The notes beneath the pieces were generated by a model that was given only the letters and a program-made list of their open reading frames with translations, had not been told where the DNA came from and made no database searches. This document shows, piece after piece, positions 9,184 through 17,887 of a stretch of DNA of 60,514 nucleotides. Within the stretch, counting starts at the first letter, position 1. Every line of letters starts with the position of its first letter. The stretch lies in IMG/VR virus record IMGVR_UViG_3300042890_002482, positions 1 to 60,514 of that record; one strand, 5' to 3'. The stretch is from a virus (taxonomy: Duplodnaviria > Caudoviricetes). The position numbers and the translations under genes are program-made.

Positions 9184-9549
9184 ATGAACTTAGAAGACGT
9201 TTCAAAAAGAGAAATTCTAGACTTTAAGCAATTTAGATCTAGAGTAATGGACGATACCTTTAACTATCTAGCACCAGACGTTCAGGATCCTTTGAGTGGT
9301 GATAAGACTGGTCTACACACCATTAAAAGAGAGCCAGCTTACGACTGGGTAGGGTATGCAAATGCAATCTGGAGTCCAGATAAAGCAGGAATTACTTTCC
9401 CTGGCTACAATGATAAGGGAGACAGAGATTATACCAATATGGTTGGACTTAATCCTGGAGATCCTAACTCTGTGTTTAATATGGACACTAGCGAGTCTGA
9501 ATCTTTCGACTCTGAAGGATTTACAGTTATCAAACTGGAAGACTTCTAA
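9184..9549 (+). CDS. Hypothetical acidic protein
   Basis: 121-aa ORF with an A-rich leader; ILDFKQF near the N-terminus and IKLEDF at the C-terminus. Confidence 0.65.
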   Translation: MNLEDVSKREILDFKQFRSRVMDDTFNYLAPDVQDPLSGDKTGLHTIKREPAYDWVGYANAIWSPDKAGITFPGYNDKGDRDYTNMVGLNPGDPNSVFNMDTSESESFDSEGFTVIKLEDF

Positions 9550-10259
9550 TCGGGATCAATTTCCTGAATAAATCTTTCCTTAGCTATTTTAAAAATCTCC
9601 GAGCTTTTATCAAAGTCCTCGGAGATTTCTATGATTGTACAGGGGAACTTAGTTCCGTCCTGGATACCTAGAGAGATCAAAGACTCGTGCAGGATAAACT
9701 CATAGGACATTGAGTACTTGCTGTTCAGAATGGATATACCCTTTAGAACTACCCCTCTTCTGACCTCTTCCCCTATTTTTATTCCAGTTTTCTTCCACCA
9801 ATAGGGAAACACTTCGTCAGTTGACATGTTTCTAAAGATGGTGATCCCACTCTCTTGTGAACTCTCAGGGACATCTAAGTTGTACATCTTAATTCTCTCC
9901 TCCATCTTCTTCCAGAGATTTATCCCCATATCTGCATACTTGTAGAGAACTTTGAGAGAATTTTCTAGGATTAGCCTCACCTCTTCTTTTACTGCTTCGT
10001 CCATTTCGTTTTCCTTGTAGTAGGAAAGCAACCTCTCGTCTTCTTCCGAGACAAATAACTCCTTGTGCCCGTCCATGCTTCCATTTTTGTGGAAGTAGTC
10101 CAGATCTTTAATCATGGAAAATATCTTCTTCGTGGGGGAATAGACATTATTTTTTTTGATCTCCTCGTTGATGGATTTCAGGAAGTCTAGCAGAACATAG
10201 TACTTGTGTTCTGCGTCTATTGGAGACTTGAGAAACCAAATTTGACTGATATCTTTCAT
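9546..10259 (-). CDS. Hypothetical protein, possibly from a Bacteroidota conserved family
   Basis: 237-aa ORF filling the gap, with its own upstream motif; N-terminus WFLKSPIDAEHKYYVLLDFL. Confidence 0.7.
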   Translation of the reverse strand: MKDISQIWFLKSPIDAEHKYYVLLDFLKSINEEIKKNNVYSPTKKIFSMIKDLDYFHKNGSMDGHKELFVSEEDERLLSYYKENEMDEAVKEEVRLILENSLKVLYKYADMGINLWKKMEERIKMYNLDVPESSQESGITIFRNMSTDEVFPYWWKKTGIKIGEEVRRGVVLKGISILNSKYSMSYEFILHESLISLGIQDGTKFPCTIIEISEDFDKSSEIFKIAKERFIQEIDPD

Positions 10260-10286
10260 AGTCTTAATTTAGTTATTTTAGTCCTT

Positions 10287-10295
10287 TATATATTC
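10287..10295 (-). promoter_or_regulatory. Putative late promoter motif GAATATATA (minus strand)
   Basis: Reverse-complement match 27 nt upstream of the ATG at 10259. Confidence 0.5.
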
Positions 10296-10348
10296 TCGGC
10301 CTGCCAGTTATAAAAGTTCTCCCCTGGAATTTTCCTTTCCGTGTTGAT

Positions 10349-10356
10349 GATATATA
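10349..10356 (+). promoter_or_regulatory. Putative late promoter motif GATATATA
   Basis: 21 nt upstream of ATG 10378. Confidence 0.6.
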
Positions 10357-10377
10357 GATAAAAAGTATCAAATTGAT

Positions 10378-10827
10378 ATGCCAAGGATCGACGACTATAA
10401 TACCTATTTAACAGGAAAGAGTAAAAATTTTTCTAACGAGCACTACTTCATCTGTGACCTTAAATATACAGACATTATCGTTAAGGGAAACCCACCCGAG
10501 ATCATGGACGTGGATGACGCTAAATGCGAGGTTGAATATGAAGCAGCAGTTAGTAGAAACAAGAGAGGGATAGATGGAGTTGATTTCCAGATTCATAGAA
10601 TTGAGCTAGAAATCGATGTTGACGACTACCCCAATGATAAAAAGACATTTGAGTTTGAAATTGAGCCTGGCGTAAATATAGATCCTGCGATGGTAATTGC
10701 CGAGAAGATGGACTATATCATCCCAACCTATCCTAGACAGATTATTATCGACATGAGAAAATCTATGGAAGTGAAGGACTTTAAAGTGACGGTTCAGTTT
10801 GGAAGAGACGATTACTATGAAGGCTAA
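10378..10827 (+). CDS. Hypothetical acidic beta-rich protein
   Basis: 149-aa ORF after the late motif. Confidence 0.7.
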   Translation: MPRIDDYNTYLTGKSKNFSNEHYFICDLKYTDIIVKGNPPEIMDVDDAKCEVEYEAAVSRNKRGIDGVDFQIHRIELEIDVDDYPNDKKTFEFEIEPGVNIDPAMVIAEKMDYIIPTYPRQIIIDMRKSMEVKDFKVTVQFGRDDYYEG

Positions 10828-11797
10828 TTTTATCTCCAACTACTGGGACTACTCTTATTCCGTCAACGAGGGGAATATGTACAAAAAAGAACTTGGTGTT
10901 CTTGGTCCTTTTAGCGACTGGGGTTATAAAATCAAAACTTCCTGTCCCGAAGCAGGAGGGGAAATGACAGACAAATGCGTCTTAGTTTCTGGCTTAACCG
11001 AGGACGGAGACGATCTGGTTATGAAATACATCTACGGAGACGGAAACGAATCGGACCCTGTCTCTTTTCCAAAGTCTGCATTTGATGTTTCTGGTGATTC
11101 TAAATCTCCTATTTTGCAGACTAGAAAAAATATTAGATGGTGGGACAACGAAGAGAACCAAATGTGTTTGGATGATCTGCTAGACTCTTTCGTCGAATCT
11201 AAGCACTTTTCTTCCCCGCAAGAACATTCTGCTGAAGGTGATATTCTTTCTGTGATGGAAATTCTTGGAATTGATTCCGGGATATCTAAGGTCGAAAAAA
11301 AGAAGGACAACCACTGGATAGCTTATCTAGAGGATGGATCCGAAATTGAACTCAAAAAGAAAGACGAAGGTGATTTTCTGAAGAACCTTAAAATCTATCT
11401 CAATTCCGATTCTTCTTCCCCTCAGATCGAGATCTACAGAGATAAGCCCGGGTTCGAAACTATTTTCAATACCCCTAAAGGAAAGTTTTCTAGGAAGACC
11501 GGGAAAATAACTGATCTAATGAAGGATCCGGTTCACAAGTACCTGTTCCATAGCAGTTTAGAAAGAGACCCTGCTCTCTATCAGGAACCTGTTATCAACT
11601 ATCTAAATTCCATTCTAAAGAGCCACGACTGGAGACCAAAGTCTACCAAATATGTGGACGACGTCACGACTAAGGAAAAAGAGATGGGTCAGATAAAAAA
11701 GATGCTGATGAACACACTTCCCGAGGAGACCTTAGACGAGATGTATGCTAAGGCAAGGGAAAAATACACCCTAGGATCTCCAGATCCCCGAAACTAA
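10817..11797 (+). CDS. Hypothetical protein with CTS-like N-terminus
   Basis: ATG at 10817 (MKANFISNYWDYSYSVNEG) overlaps the upstream stop and is more likely than TTG 10799. Confidence 0.65.
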   Translation: MKANFISNYWDYSYSVNEGNMYKKELGVLGPFSDWGYKIKTSCPEAGGEMTDKCVLVSGLTEDGDDLVMKYIYGDGNESDPVSFPKSAFDVSGDSKSPILQTRKNIRWWDNEENQMCLDDLLDSFVESKHFSSPQEHSAEGDILSVMEILGIDSGISKVEKKKDNHWIAYLEDGSEIELKKKDEGDFLKNLKIYLNSDSSSPQIEIYRDKPGFETIFNTPKGKFSRKTGKITDLMKDPVHKYLFHSSLERDPALYQEPVINYLNSILKSHDWRPKSTKYVDDVTTKEKEMGQIKKMLMNTLPEETLDEMYAKAREKYTLGSPDPRN

Positions 11798-11854
11798 TTC
11801 CTTAATTTCTTCTAAAAGACTAAATTTAAGTCTTATTATTTAACTTTTGAAAAA

Positions 11855-11881
11855 GAAACATTTCCCGTGCTCCGTGTATAA
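11855..11881 (+). promoter_or_regulatory. Putative bipartite promoter GAAAC-N16-GTATAA
   Basis: Lies in the intergenic gap before the 11902-13763 cluster; a second copy GAAAC-N17-CTAAAA at 11790-11817. Confidence 0.35.
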
Positions 11882-11901
11882 TATAGGAATACAACACCAA
11901 A

Positions 11902-12558
11902 ATGTTGAAAATATTAAACAACATATTTAAAAAGAAAAAGAAAATGAACTTTGCAGAAAAAACTCTGGAGGAACTCGATATTGAGTTAAGAAATTCGGAT
12001 TTCCAATGGATAAAGGGGGAACAAACGGGGATGATAGAGAAATACGATAGCGTTGTAGAAGAAGGTGAAGTGAAATTCGTCTCTTTTAAGGGGGGAGGAA
12101 GAATGAACATCCAGCTACTTACCGAGTTTATGGACCTTTTTCCAGCTACCCCGGTAGACTTCGGAACCCCACAACCTCCTATTTCTCAGCCTACTAAAAA
12201 TCCTCCAGCTAAAAGAGGGTCTGTAAATTCTGTTGACTACTCGAACTCAGCTCAAGTTGGTGTAGAAGAATCTCCGATATATAAGCTACTTAAAAAACAA
12301 AAACCTAACTGGGTTAATGTCAACATTAGCTTGAAGCTAAATCTGCCAACTAAGTCTCTATATAACGTCCTTGTGACCTCTTTTGAAGACGCAGAGACAG
12401 AAATAGCAAGCTACGTGACAGAGGGAGTTGAGATTGAAGACATTAGAAATGCAATCGCAGAATCTATTAGAACTTCATTCTACGAATCTAAGAAAACCAG
12501 CCAGGTTAAAACAGTGAAAAAAGAAGAAATAGAACATGATGAACTTTCCGAAGATTAA
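11902..12558 (+). CDS. Hypothetical protein
   Basis: 218-aa ORF, two domains joined by a Pro-rich linker; alternative start at 11944. Confidence 0.7.
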   Translation: MLKILNNIFKKKKKMNFAEKTLEELDIELRNSDFQWIKGEQTGMIEKYDSVVEEGEVKFVSFKGGGRMNIQLLTEFMDLFPATPVDFGTPQPPISQPTKNPPAKRGSVNSVDYSNSAQVGVEESPIYKLLKKQKPNWVNVNISLKLNLPTKSLYNVLVTSFEDAETEIASYVTEGVEIEDIRNAIAESIRTSFYESKKTSQVKTVKKEEIEHDELSED

Positions 12559-13129
12559 AACTCTCCATGAAACAGAGAGCTTCCAACTTCTCGATTGCGG
12601 GGGGATGGTTGGAATTAAGCCGCTATTTACTAATGTAGTAGTTATGCCTTTCACCTCTGACGATCAGGGTTTACCCTTGGCGGTTGGTGTTTTAAAGGAG
12701 CCGAACCCTTTTAGAGAGGATGGACACCACATTAGTTTGGTAACCGGAACAACCGACGACGAGGACGGAGATTTACTTTCTACTGCGCAGAGAGAGTTGT
12801 ACGAGGAGACTGGATATAACGTTCCTGACATTTCTAAATGGTATTATCTTGGTTCTGCTACATCTTCTAAGTTTGTAGATCACGAGCAACCTTGTTTTGC
12901 AGTTGATGTTACTGGAGTCCAGAAGGAAGATCCACAGACAGACGGAACTCCGATGGAGCAAGCTGCAGAGTTTAAATTTATCCACGCCAACGACGTCATC
13001 AGAGAAAAAGACATTTTCATTCCTGGTCTTTTCCTAAAGCTATTTAAATATGTTTTGGGGATGGACGTTCAAGCAACTTCTCCCGACTTTGAATTTGGTT
13101 CTACCAAGGGGGACAACACTCAATCTTAA
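12536..13129 (+). CDS. NUDIX hydrolase
   Basis: Nudix box GTTDDEDGDLLSTAQRELYEETGY. Confidence 0.85.
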   Translation: MMNFPKIKTLHETESFQLLDCGGMVGIKPLFTNVVVMPFTSDDQGLPLAVGVLKEPNPFREDGHHISLVTGTTDDEDGDLLSTAQRELYEETGYNVPDISKWYYLGSATSSKFVDHEQPCFAVDVTGVQKEDPQTDGTPMEQAAEFKFIHANDVIREKDIFIPGLFLKLFKYVLGMDVQATSPDFEFGSTKGDNTQS

Positions 13130-13134
13130 AAATT

Positions 13135-13392
13135 ATGGCAAGTCTATCAAGAAGAGAGAGAAGGGAGTACGCCAAGCAAATGGGGCTTCTTTCTAGGAAA
13201 GAAAATTACAATCAGATGGTAGGAAGATACCAGAGATCTAATCAAGCCGGTGATTATTTGCACACCAACTACCTCCAAGAGCTAAAGAACCATCAGATTG
13301 AAAGCGAGACTTCTCTCGCTGATTTGACGTCAGATTCTCAAAAGGAAGACAGCATCGAAATAAATCCATTCGGATTTCTTGGAAAAAAATAA
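13135..13392 (+). CDS. Small hypothetical protein with basic N-terminus
   Basis: 85-aa ORF at operon-like spacing; begins MASLSRRERRE. Confidence 0.65.
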   Translation: MASLSRRERREYAKQMGLLSRKENYNQMVGRYQRSNQAGDYLHTNYLQELKNHQIESETSLADLTSDSQKEDSIEINPFGFLGKK

Positions 13393-13430
13393 CAAATCAA
13401 CTGAAAAATTTAGTCTAATGGGTTCAAATA

Positions 13431-13763
13431 ATGCAGGAAGATTTGCAAGAGATTAAGTTTTTTCTAGCCGAGTGCTCTCTAAAGGAAGCAAAAAAGAAGT
13501 CTTCTTCTGAAGACGACCTGTACGTGGTCGACATAGGAAAGATCATTAAAGATCTTGGGTATGACATAGAAGGTCTATCTAAAGAGTCTGAGTTTGTAAT
13601 AAACTACTCAGTTCAGAAGAAAATTACCCAGGGAATATATAGTACGAAGTGTAGCGGAATCTTGGTGGTTCATAAGAACATCTCCGAGTCTTTTGTTGAA
13701 AATTTAGAACATTTTCTGGAAGACATGAGGAATGAAATTTCTTATACCATCCAGACCCTCTAA
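13431..13763 (+). CDS. Hypothetical protein
   Basis: 110-aa ORF filling the gap, A-rich leader. Confidence 0.65.
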   Translation: MQEDLQEIKFFLAECSLKEAKKKSSSEDDLYVVDIGKIIKDLGYDIEGLSKESEFVINYSVQKKITQGIYSTKCSGILVVHKNISESFVENLEHFLEDMRNEISYTIQTL

Positions 13764-13781
13764 AAATCGTACTATAGAAAA

Positions 13782-15743
13782 ATGGCAGCATCAAATCAAC
13801 CTGTACAACAGGGACCCAGTTTATCGACCAATAATCCAACCGCTGCGGATAGATTTCCGGGAGCTAATGGTAGGATAAACACAGGGAATAACACAACACT
13901 TCTTCAGAACTCCTCCAAGGAGATGGTCGAGAAGAGGTATAACTCGGGTCGGGTTAAACCTTATGCTGGTCCAACCGCAAGATCCCTGTTCTATAATGCA
14001 GCGATCTACGACTATAACAATGCTAAGTATGGCCAATATCTTTTCTATTCGATAGTTGGAAATCAGGACCCTAATTTTTACGAAAACTACTACCTTTCGG
14101 AGAGAACCGAATATAACTCTAAAGTATCTGAAGTCAACTCCGTCTCTGGAGCATCCAGAAATCCCAGCGCTGGTTTTTTGGTTAGACAGACCCAGTCAAA
14201 CCTAGGGGTAGCAAATCAGAGGAAGAACAACATCTTCAGCTTTTTGTTTGGCCCTGGGGATCACGGATCCTATATCACAGGAGGTGCATCTGCTCCATAC
14301 TACTGGAGGGATTTTATCTACTGTAAATACTACGGTCACATTCCAAACAACTATATGATTACCCTTAGGAGATTTCCCTCTCCGATGAGGGACAATCTGT
14401 CCGTTCCTGAGAAGATTAAGAACACCGATTCCTTTAAGGTTAAAGGTGCAGGTAGACCGGTTGCGCAGGCTGTTACCTGGTGGGGAGGAAATACTGACAA
14501 TAGACTAGATGGTGTTATTGGATTTACCACGGGACTAGTCTGGAAGGAATTCACTCAGGCAGATCTTAAAAACCAAGATGGATTTAGTAAAGGTCTATTC
14601 AAGAACCAATTGGGAGACGTGATTAATAGCTTATTTGGTAATCTTGGAGGAGCGGCAGGAGACAACTCATTTGATGCGATTCAACGAGCGGTGGATTTAG
14701 CAGCTTCTAGTTCGGATAGCGGATTTCAGGAAAGTGTTTCTGCAAGAAGAAACACCGCCCTCAGGGACAAGGCGGTCACCGATGGAGGCCCACTTTCTGA
14801 TTTCATTTGGGTTTCTGTGGATACTGTCGACAAGGCAAATCTCAGGGGAAGAGGAATCAACGGGGTTTTTAATGACTTTAAACTTAATTTCCACTACGAA
14901 CTAACCTCCGTAGGAGAAGTAAACACAAAGGCTGCCATGGTGGATATTCTAGGAAATCTGCTAGCACTATGCACCAACTACGGAAACTTCCTAACCCCAG
15001 AAATCAGATATAATAACGGATTCCCCGCGGTTAACTTTCCGGGTGGAGACGAGGGTCTAGCTAAATTTTATTCTGATCCTGTAGAATGGGTAAAGACCTT
15101 GATTAAATACGCGGTCGATCCTAACCAATCTACAAATGGAGATCCAACTGCAGAAGCTATTGTTGGATCTCTGAATTCTGTTGCTAGATCTAAAGAGTTC
15201 CTTGCACAGACGGTGAACCAGCTGAATAATAAGACCCTAAGGGATCTTGCTTCTGATTTAGGAAACAGTAGCCAGGTGAACAATATCCTTCTGTATTCTC
15301 TGACTGAGACATTCGTTAAAGATATCGTACTTCCGATGTCTATTCTAACTGGAGCCCCAAGTGGAGAATGGCACGTGGTTGTTGGAAACCCATGCAACCC
15401 AATCGCAATGATAGGGAATCTAATCTGTAAGGATCTAAGCATCTCATTTGGAGAAACTCTTGGACCGGATGATTTCCCAACCGAAATAACTGCAACTATT
15501 ACCCTTCAGCATGCAAGAGAAAGAGAAAGAGGAGAAATTGAATCAATGTTTAACCGAGGCGAGGGTAGACTCTACCAATCAGTTGCTCCTGTTTATTCGA
15601 ACTCTCAGTCAGTTGGAGCATTTGGTACTACGCAAGGTCAGGTTATTACTACAAACTCTAGCGACAACACGACTGCTTCAGGAAACTTCTTCGGTCCTGA
15701 GAATCTGTTCAACCAACAGCAACCGGGAGCCGAACCACAATAA
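13782..15743 (+). CDS. Baseplate-associated protein, probable tube-initiator (gp48/gp54-like) fold
   Basis: Directly before the LysM/gp53 and hub genes; C-terminal beta pattern IGNLICKDLSISFGETLGPDDFPTEITATITL. Confidence 0.5.
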   Translation: MAASNQPVQQGPSLSTNNPTAADRFPGANGRINTGNNTTLLQNSSKEMVEKRYNSGRVKPYAGPTARSLFYNAAIYDYNNAKYGQYLFYSIVGNQDPNFYENYYLSERTEYNSKVSEVNSVSGASRNPSAGFLVRQTQSNLGVANQRKNNIFSFLFGPGDHGSYITGGASAPYYWRDFIYCKYYGHIPNNYMITLRRFPSPMRDNLSVPEKIKNTDSFKVKGAGRPVAQAVTWWGGNTDNRLDGVIGFTTGLVWKEFTQADLKNQDGFSKGLFKNQLGDVINSLFGNLGGAAGDNSFDAIQRAVDLAASSSDSGFQESVSARRNTALRDKAVTDGGPLSDFIWVSVDTVDKANLRGRGINGVFNDFKLNFHYELTSVGEVNTKAAMVDILGNLLALCTNYGNFLTPEIRYNNGFPAVNFPGGDEGLAKFYSDPVEWVKTLIKYAVDPNQSTNGDPTAEAIVGSLNSVARSKEFLAQTVNQLNNKTLRDLASDLGNSSQVNNILLYSLTETFVKDIVLPMSILTGAPSGEWHVVVGNPCNPIAMIGNLICKDLSISFGETLGPDDFPTEITATITLQHARERERGEIESMFNRGEGRLYQSVAPVYSNSQSVGAFGTTQGQVITTNSSDNTTASGNFFGPENLFNQQQPGAEPQ

Positions 15744-15754
15744 CTTTTTAGATT

Positions 15755-16342
15755 ATGATAGAAATAGATACACTTGGAAGAAATAAAACCATCTTCAACC
15801 CAAATAAAGATCTGATGGATCAAGGAGTTGGGATCTGGGACCTTACTAGGTCCTCCGTTAGCTTTTCTAGGATAAACCTAAAGATAAGTAAATTCTACAC
15901 GGTTACTGAGGAGACCCAGATGCGTCCTGATTTAATCTGCTTACAGGCATATGGAAATTTAACTAATATAGGTTCTCTCCTGAAGATAAATTCTTATTCT
16001 AATCCTTTTGCTATCAACGAAGGGATGCTTTTTGCAATCCCTGTCCAAGATCGTCTAGATGCTGCTTTCGACCAGAAGAGGAAGTCGATAGCACAGAATA
16101 ACACCTCGACAAATCCAAACAGTGCATTTAGAAGATCACAGGAAAACAAAGCCTTTAAAGTTAGCGACTCTAGAAAAAAATTCGTAGAAGCTCAGACCCA
16201 GGCTAAAAACCCGATTCCACAGGCTCTTCCCCCTAACATTCTACAAGAAGGAGAGGTTCAAGTTCTTAAAACACCTCAAGTTATTGCTCTTGGCCCTAGC
16301 GTCAGCTCAGCTGGTCCTAATCCTAATGGTTTACCTCTATAA
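15755..16342 (+). CDS. Baseplate wedge protein, T4 gp53/LysM-like
   Basis: YTVTEETQMRPDLICLQAYG...LLKINSYSNPFAINEGMLFAIP. Confidence 0.8.
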   Translation: MIEIDTLGRNKTIFNPNKDLMDQGVGIWDLTRSSVSFSRINLKISKFYTVTEETQMRPDLICLQAYGNLTNIGSLLKINSYSNPFAINEGMLFAIPVQDRLDAAFDQKRKSIAQNNTSTNPNSAFRRSQENKAFKVSDSRKKFVEAQTQAKNPIPQALPPNILQEGEVQVLKTPQVIALGPSVSSAGPNPNGLPL

Positions 16343-16348
16343 TAGTTT

Positions 16349-17872
16349 ATGGCAGCGGAGTCAATTATAATCAGGAACTACGCTAAAACGGGAATCGTTG
16401 TAGATGAACTTGCTATTGCAAATAGAACAGGAAACGTTGATTCCCCGGATACTTTTTTGCGGGATGCAGACGAAAAAGAAGCTGGTTATTTTAGACCGAT
16501 TGTCTACATTAACGGATATTTTGTAAATAAATTTCTGATGGATTTTAGCTTAGATCTCAATGGGATTTTACCCGTTGTTAGATTTAAGTTTTATACTGGA
16601 AGTTCCACATTTTTGACTGTCAGTTACCCCAAGGATGGAGACATTGCTTCTATCTACATCAGAGCTAATGTTAGTGTTTATAAACCGATTAGAATGGATT
16701 TTAATATCCTTAGCGTCGACTCTAATGTTTCTAAAACCCCCGAAGGAGATTTAATTGTATTTTCTATTTTAGGTGAGTGTAGAGTCCCTGGGTTTTACTC
16801 TGAGGTTTGTAAGGCATTTAGGAATAAAACCTCCTATGATACCCTATTCCAGGTCTCTCAGGATCTAGATCTCGGGTTTGCAACAAACGATCCAAATTTA
16901 AACGACACGATGACTTGGATCTGTCCAAATTTGTCCTATTACAACTTTATTAGAGATGTGACCATTAGCTCCTATAAAGACGACAGAAGTTTCTATGCTA
17001 CCTGGGTTGATGTCTATTATAATCTAAATTTTGTCAACATTAATAATCAGTTAGAAGCACAAGACGTAAGCCAGACTGTGAAGGTTCAAGTCGGAGCAGC
17101 TAAAGGAGCAGCCAACGATACGCTTTTCCCGGGGATTGAACTCCAGGCGACCGATCTTCCTCTCCTGATTACTAATGCTACCTACTATGCAGGATACCCC
17201 TTCTATATAAACGGATACACCTTGATCAGCGAAGCCGGAAACACAACAAATTCGATGGGGTATGTTCAGGTAGTTCAGTTCTACGACGAAAACGCCGAGT
17301 ACAACGAGACGGCAGCAACTAAGAGCGTTTCGTACTCGATCCAAGCGACCACGACCGAAGATGTCCAAGAAAATATGGTCCTCCAAAGGGGAAGAGCTTC
17401 CGAAAAGGAATATCTGAAGGAGGTTAGAAAAAAATGGATGGGAATCCTAGACTCCGGAGAGGAGGGACAGGTCCACCCGAACTACCTTCAAGCTAGAGCT
17501 CAAAACCCGCTCAATCTTTCGGATGTAACTAAATTCACCCTCCAAGTAGAGACACTTTCTTATTTTGCTGGATTCTACAGAGGGCAGTGTGTCCCTGTTG
17601 CAATCTACACAACACAGAAGGGTCCTAGAATGGATAACACCGGAATTTCTAACGACCAGAAAGCCCAGCACAGCGCAGGGATGGTTCTAGACCAGTTCCT
17701 CTCTGGGAACTATGTTTTGATGGGATATACCATCGGATGGGCACCAGAAAGAGGATTCTACCAGATTCTAAATCTATCCAAGAGAGAATGGTTTCTTAAC
17801 AGTGCGGGTAATCTTCCGAAGGCGTTTCCGATCAACGTGGTTACAAATACGGTTAATACAAATAACGGATAA
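16349..17872 (+). CDS. Baseplate hub protein (gp27-like)
   Basis: Lies between the LysM and spike genes; hub-like size and C-terminal DQFLSGNYVLMG. Confidence 0.6.
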   Translation: MAAESIIIRNYAKTGIVVDELAIANRTGNVDSPDTFLRDADEKEAGYFRPIVYINGYFVNKFLMDFSLDLNGILPVVRFKFYTGSSTFLTVSYPKDGDIASIYIRANVSVYKPIRMDFNILSVDSNVSKTPEGDLIVFSILGECRVPGFYSEVCKAFRNKTSYDTLFQVSQDLDLGFATNDPNLNDTMTWICPNLSYYNFIRDVTISSYKDDRSFYATWVDVYYNLNFVNINNQLEAQDVSQTVKVQVGAAKGAANDTLFPGIELQATDLPLLITNATYYAGYPFYINGYTLISEAGNTTNSMGYVQVVQFYDENAEYNETAATKSVSYSIQATTTEDVQENMVLQRGRASEKEYLKEVRKKWMGILDSGEEGQVHPNYLQARAQNPLNLSDVTKFTLQVETLSYFAGFYRGQCVPVAIYTTQKGPRMDNTGISNDQKAQHSAGMVLDQFLSGNYVLMGYTIGWAPERGFYQILNLSKREWFLNSAGNLPKAFPINVVTNTVNTNNG

Positions 17873-17875
17873 ATA
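17868..17875 (+). promoter_or_regulatory. Late-motif variant GATAAATA
   Basis: 12 nt upstream of ATG 17888; one mismatch to both GATATATA and T4 TATAAATA. Confidence 0.35.
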
Positions 17876-17887
17876 TAACAAAAGCCC

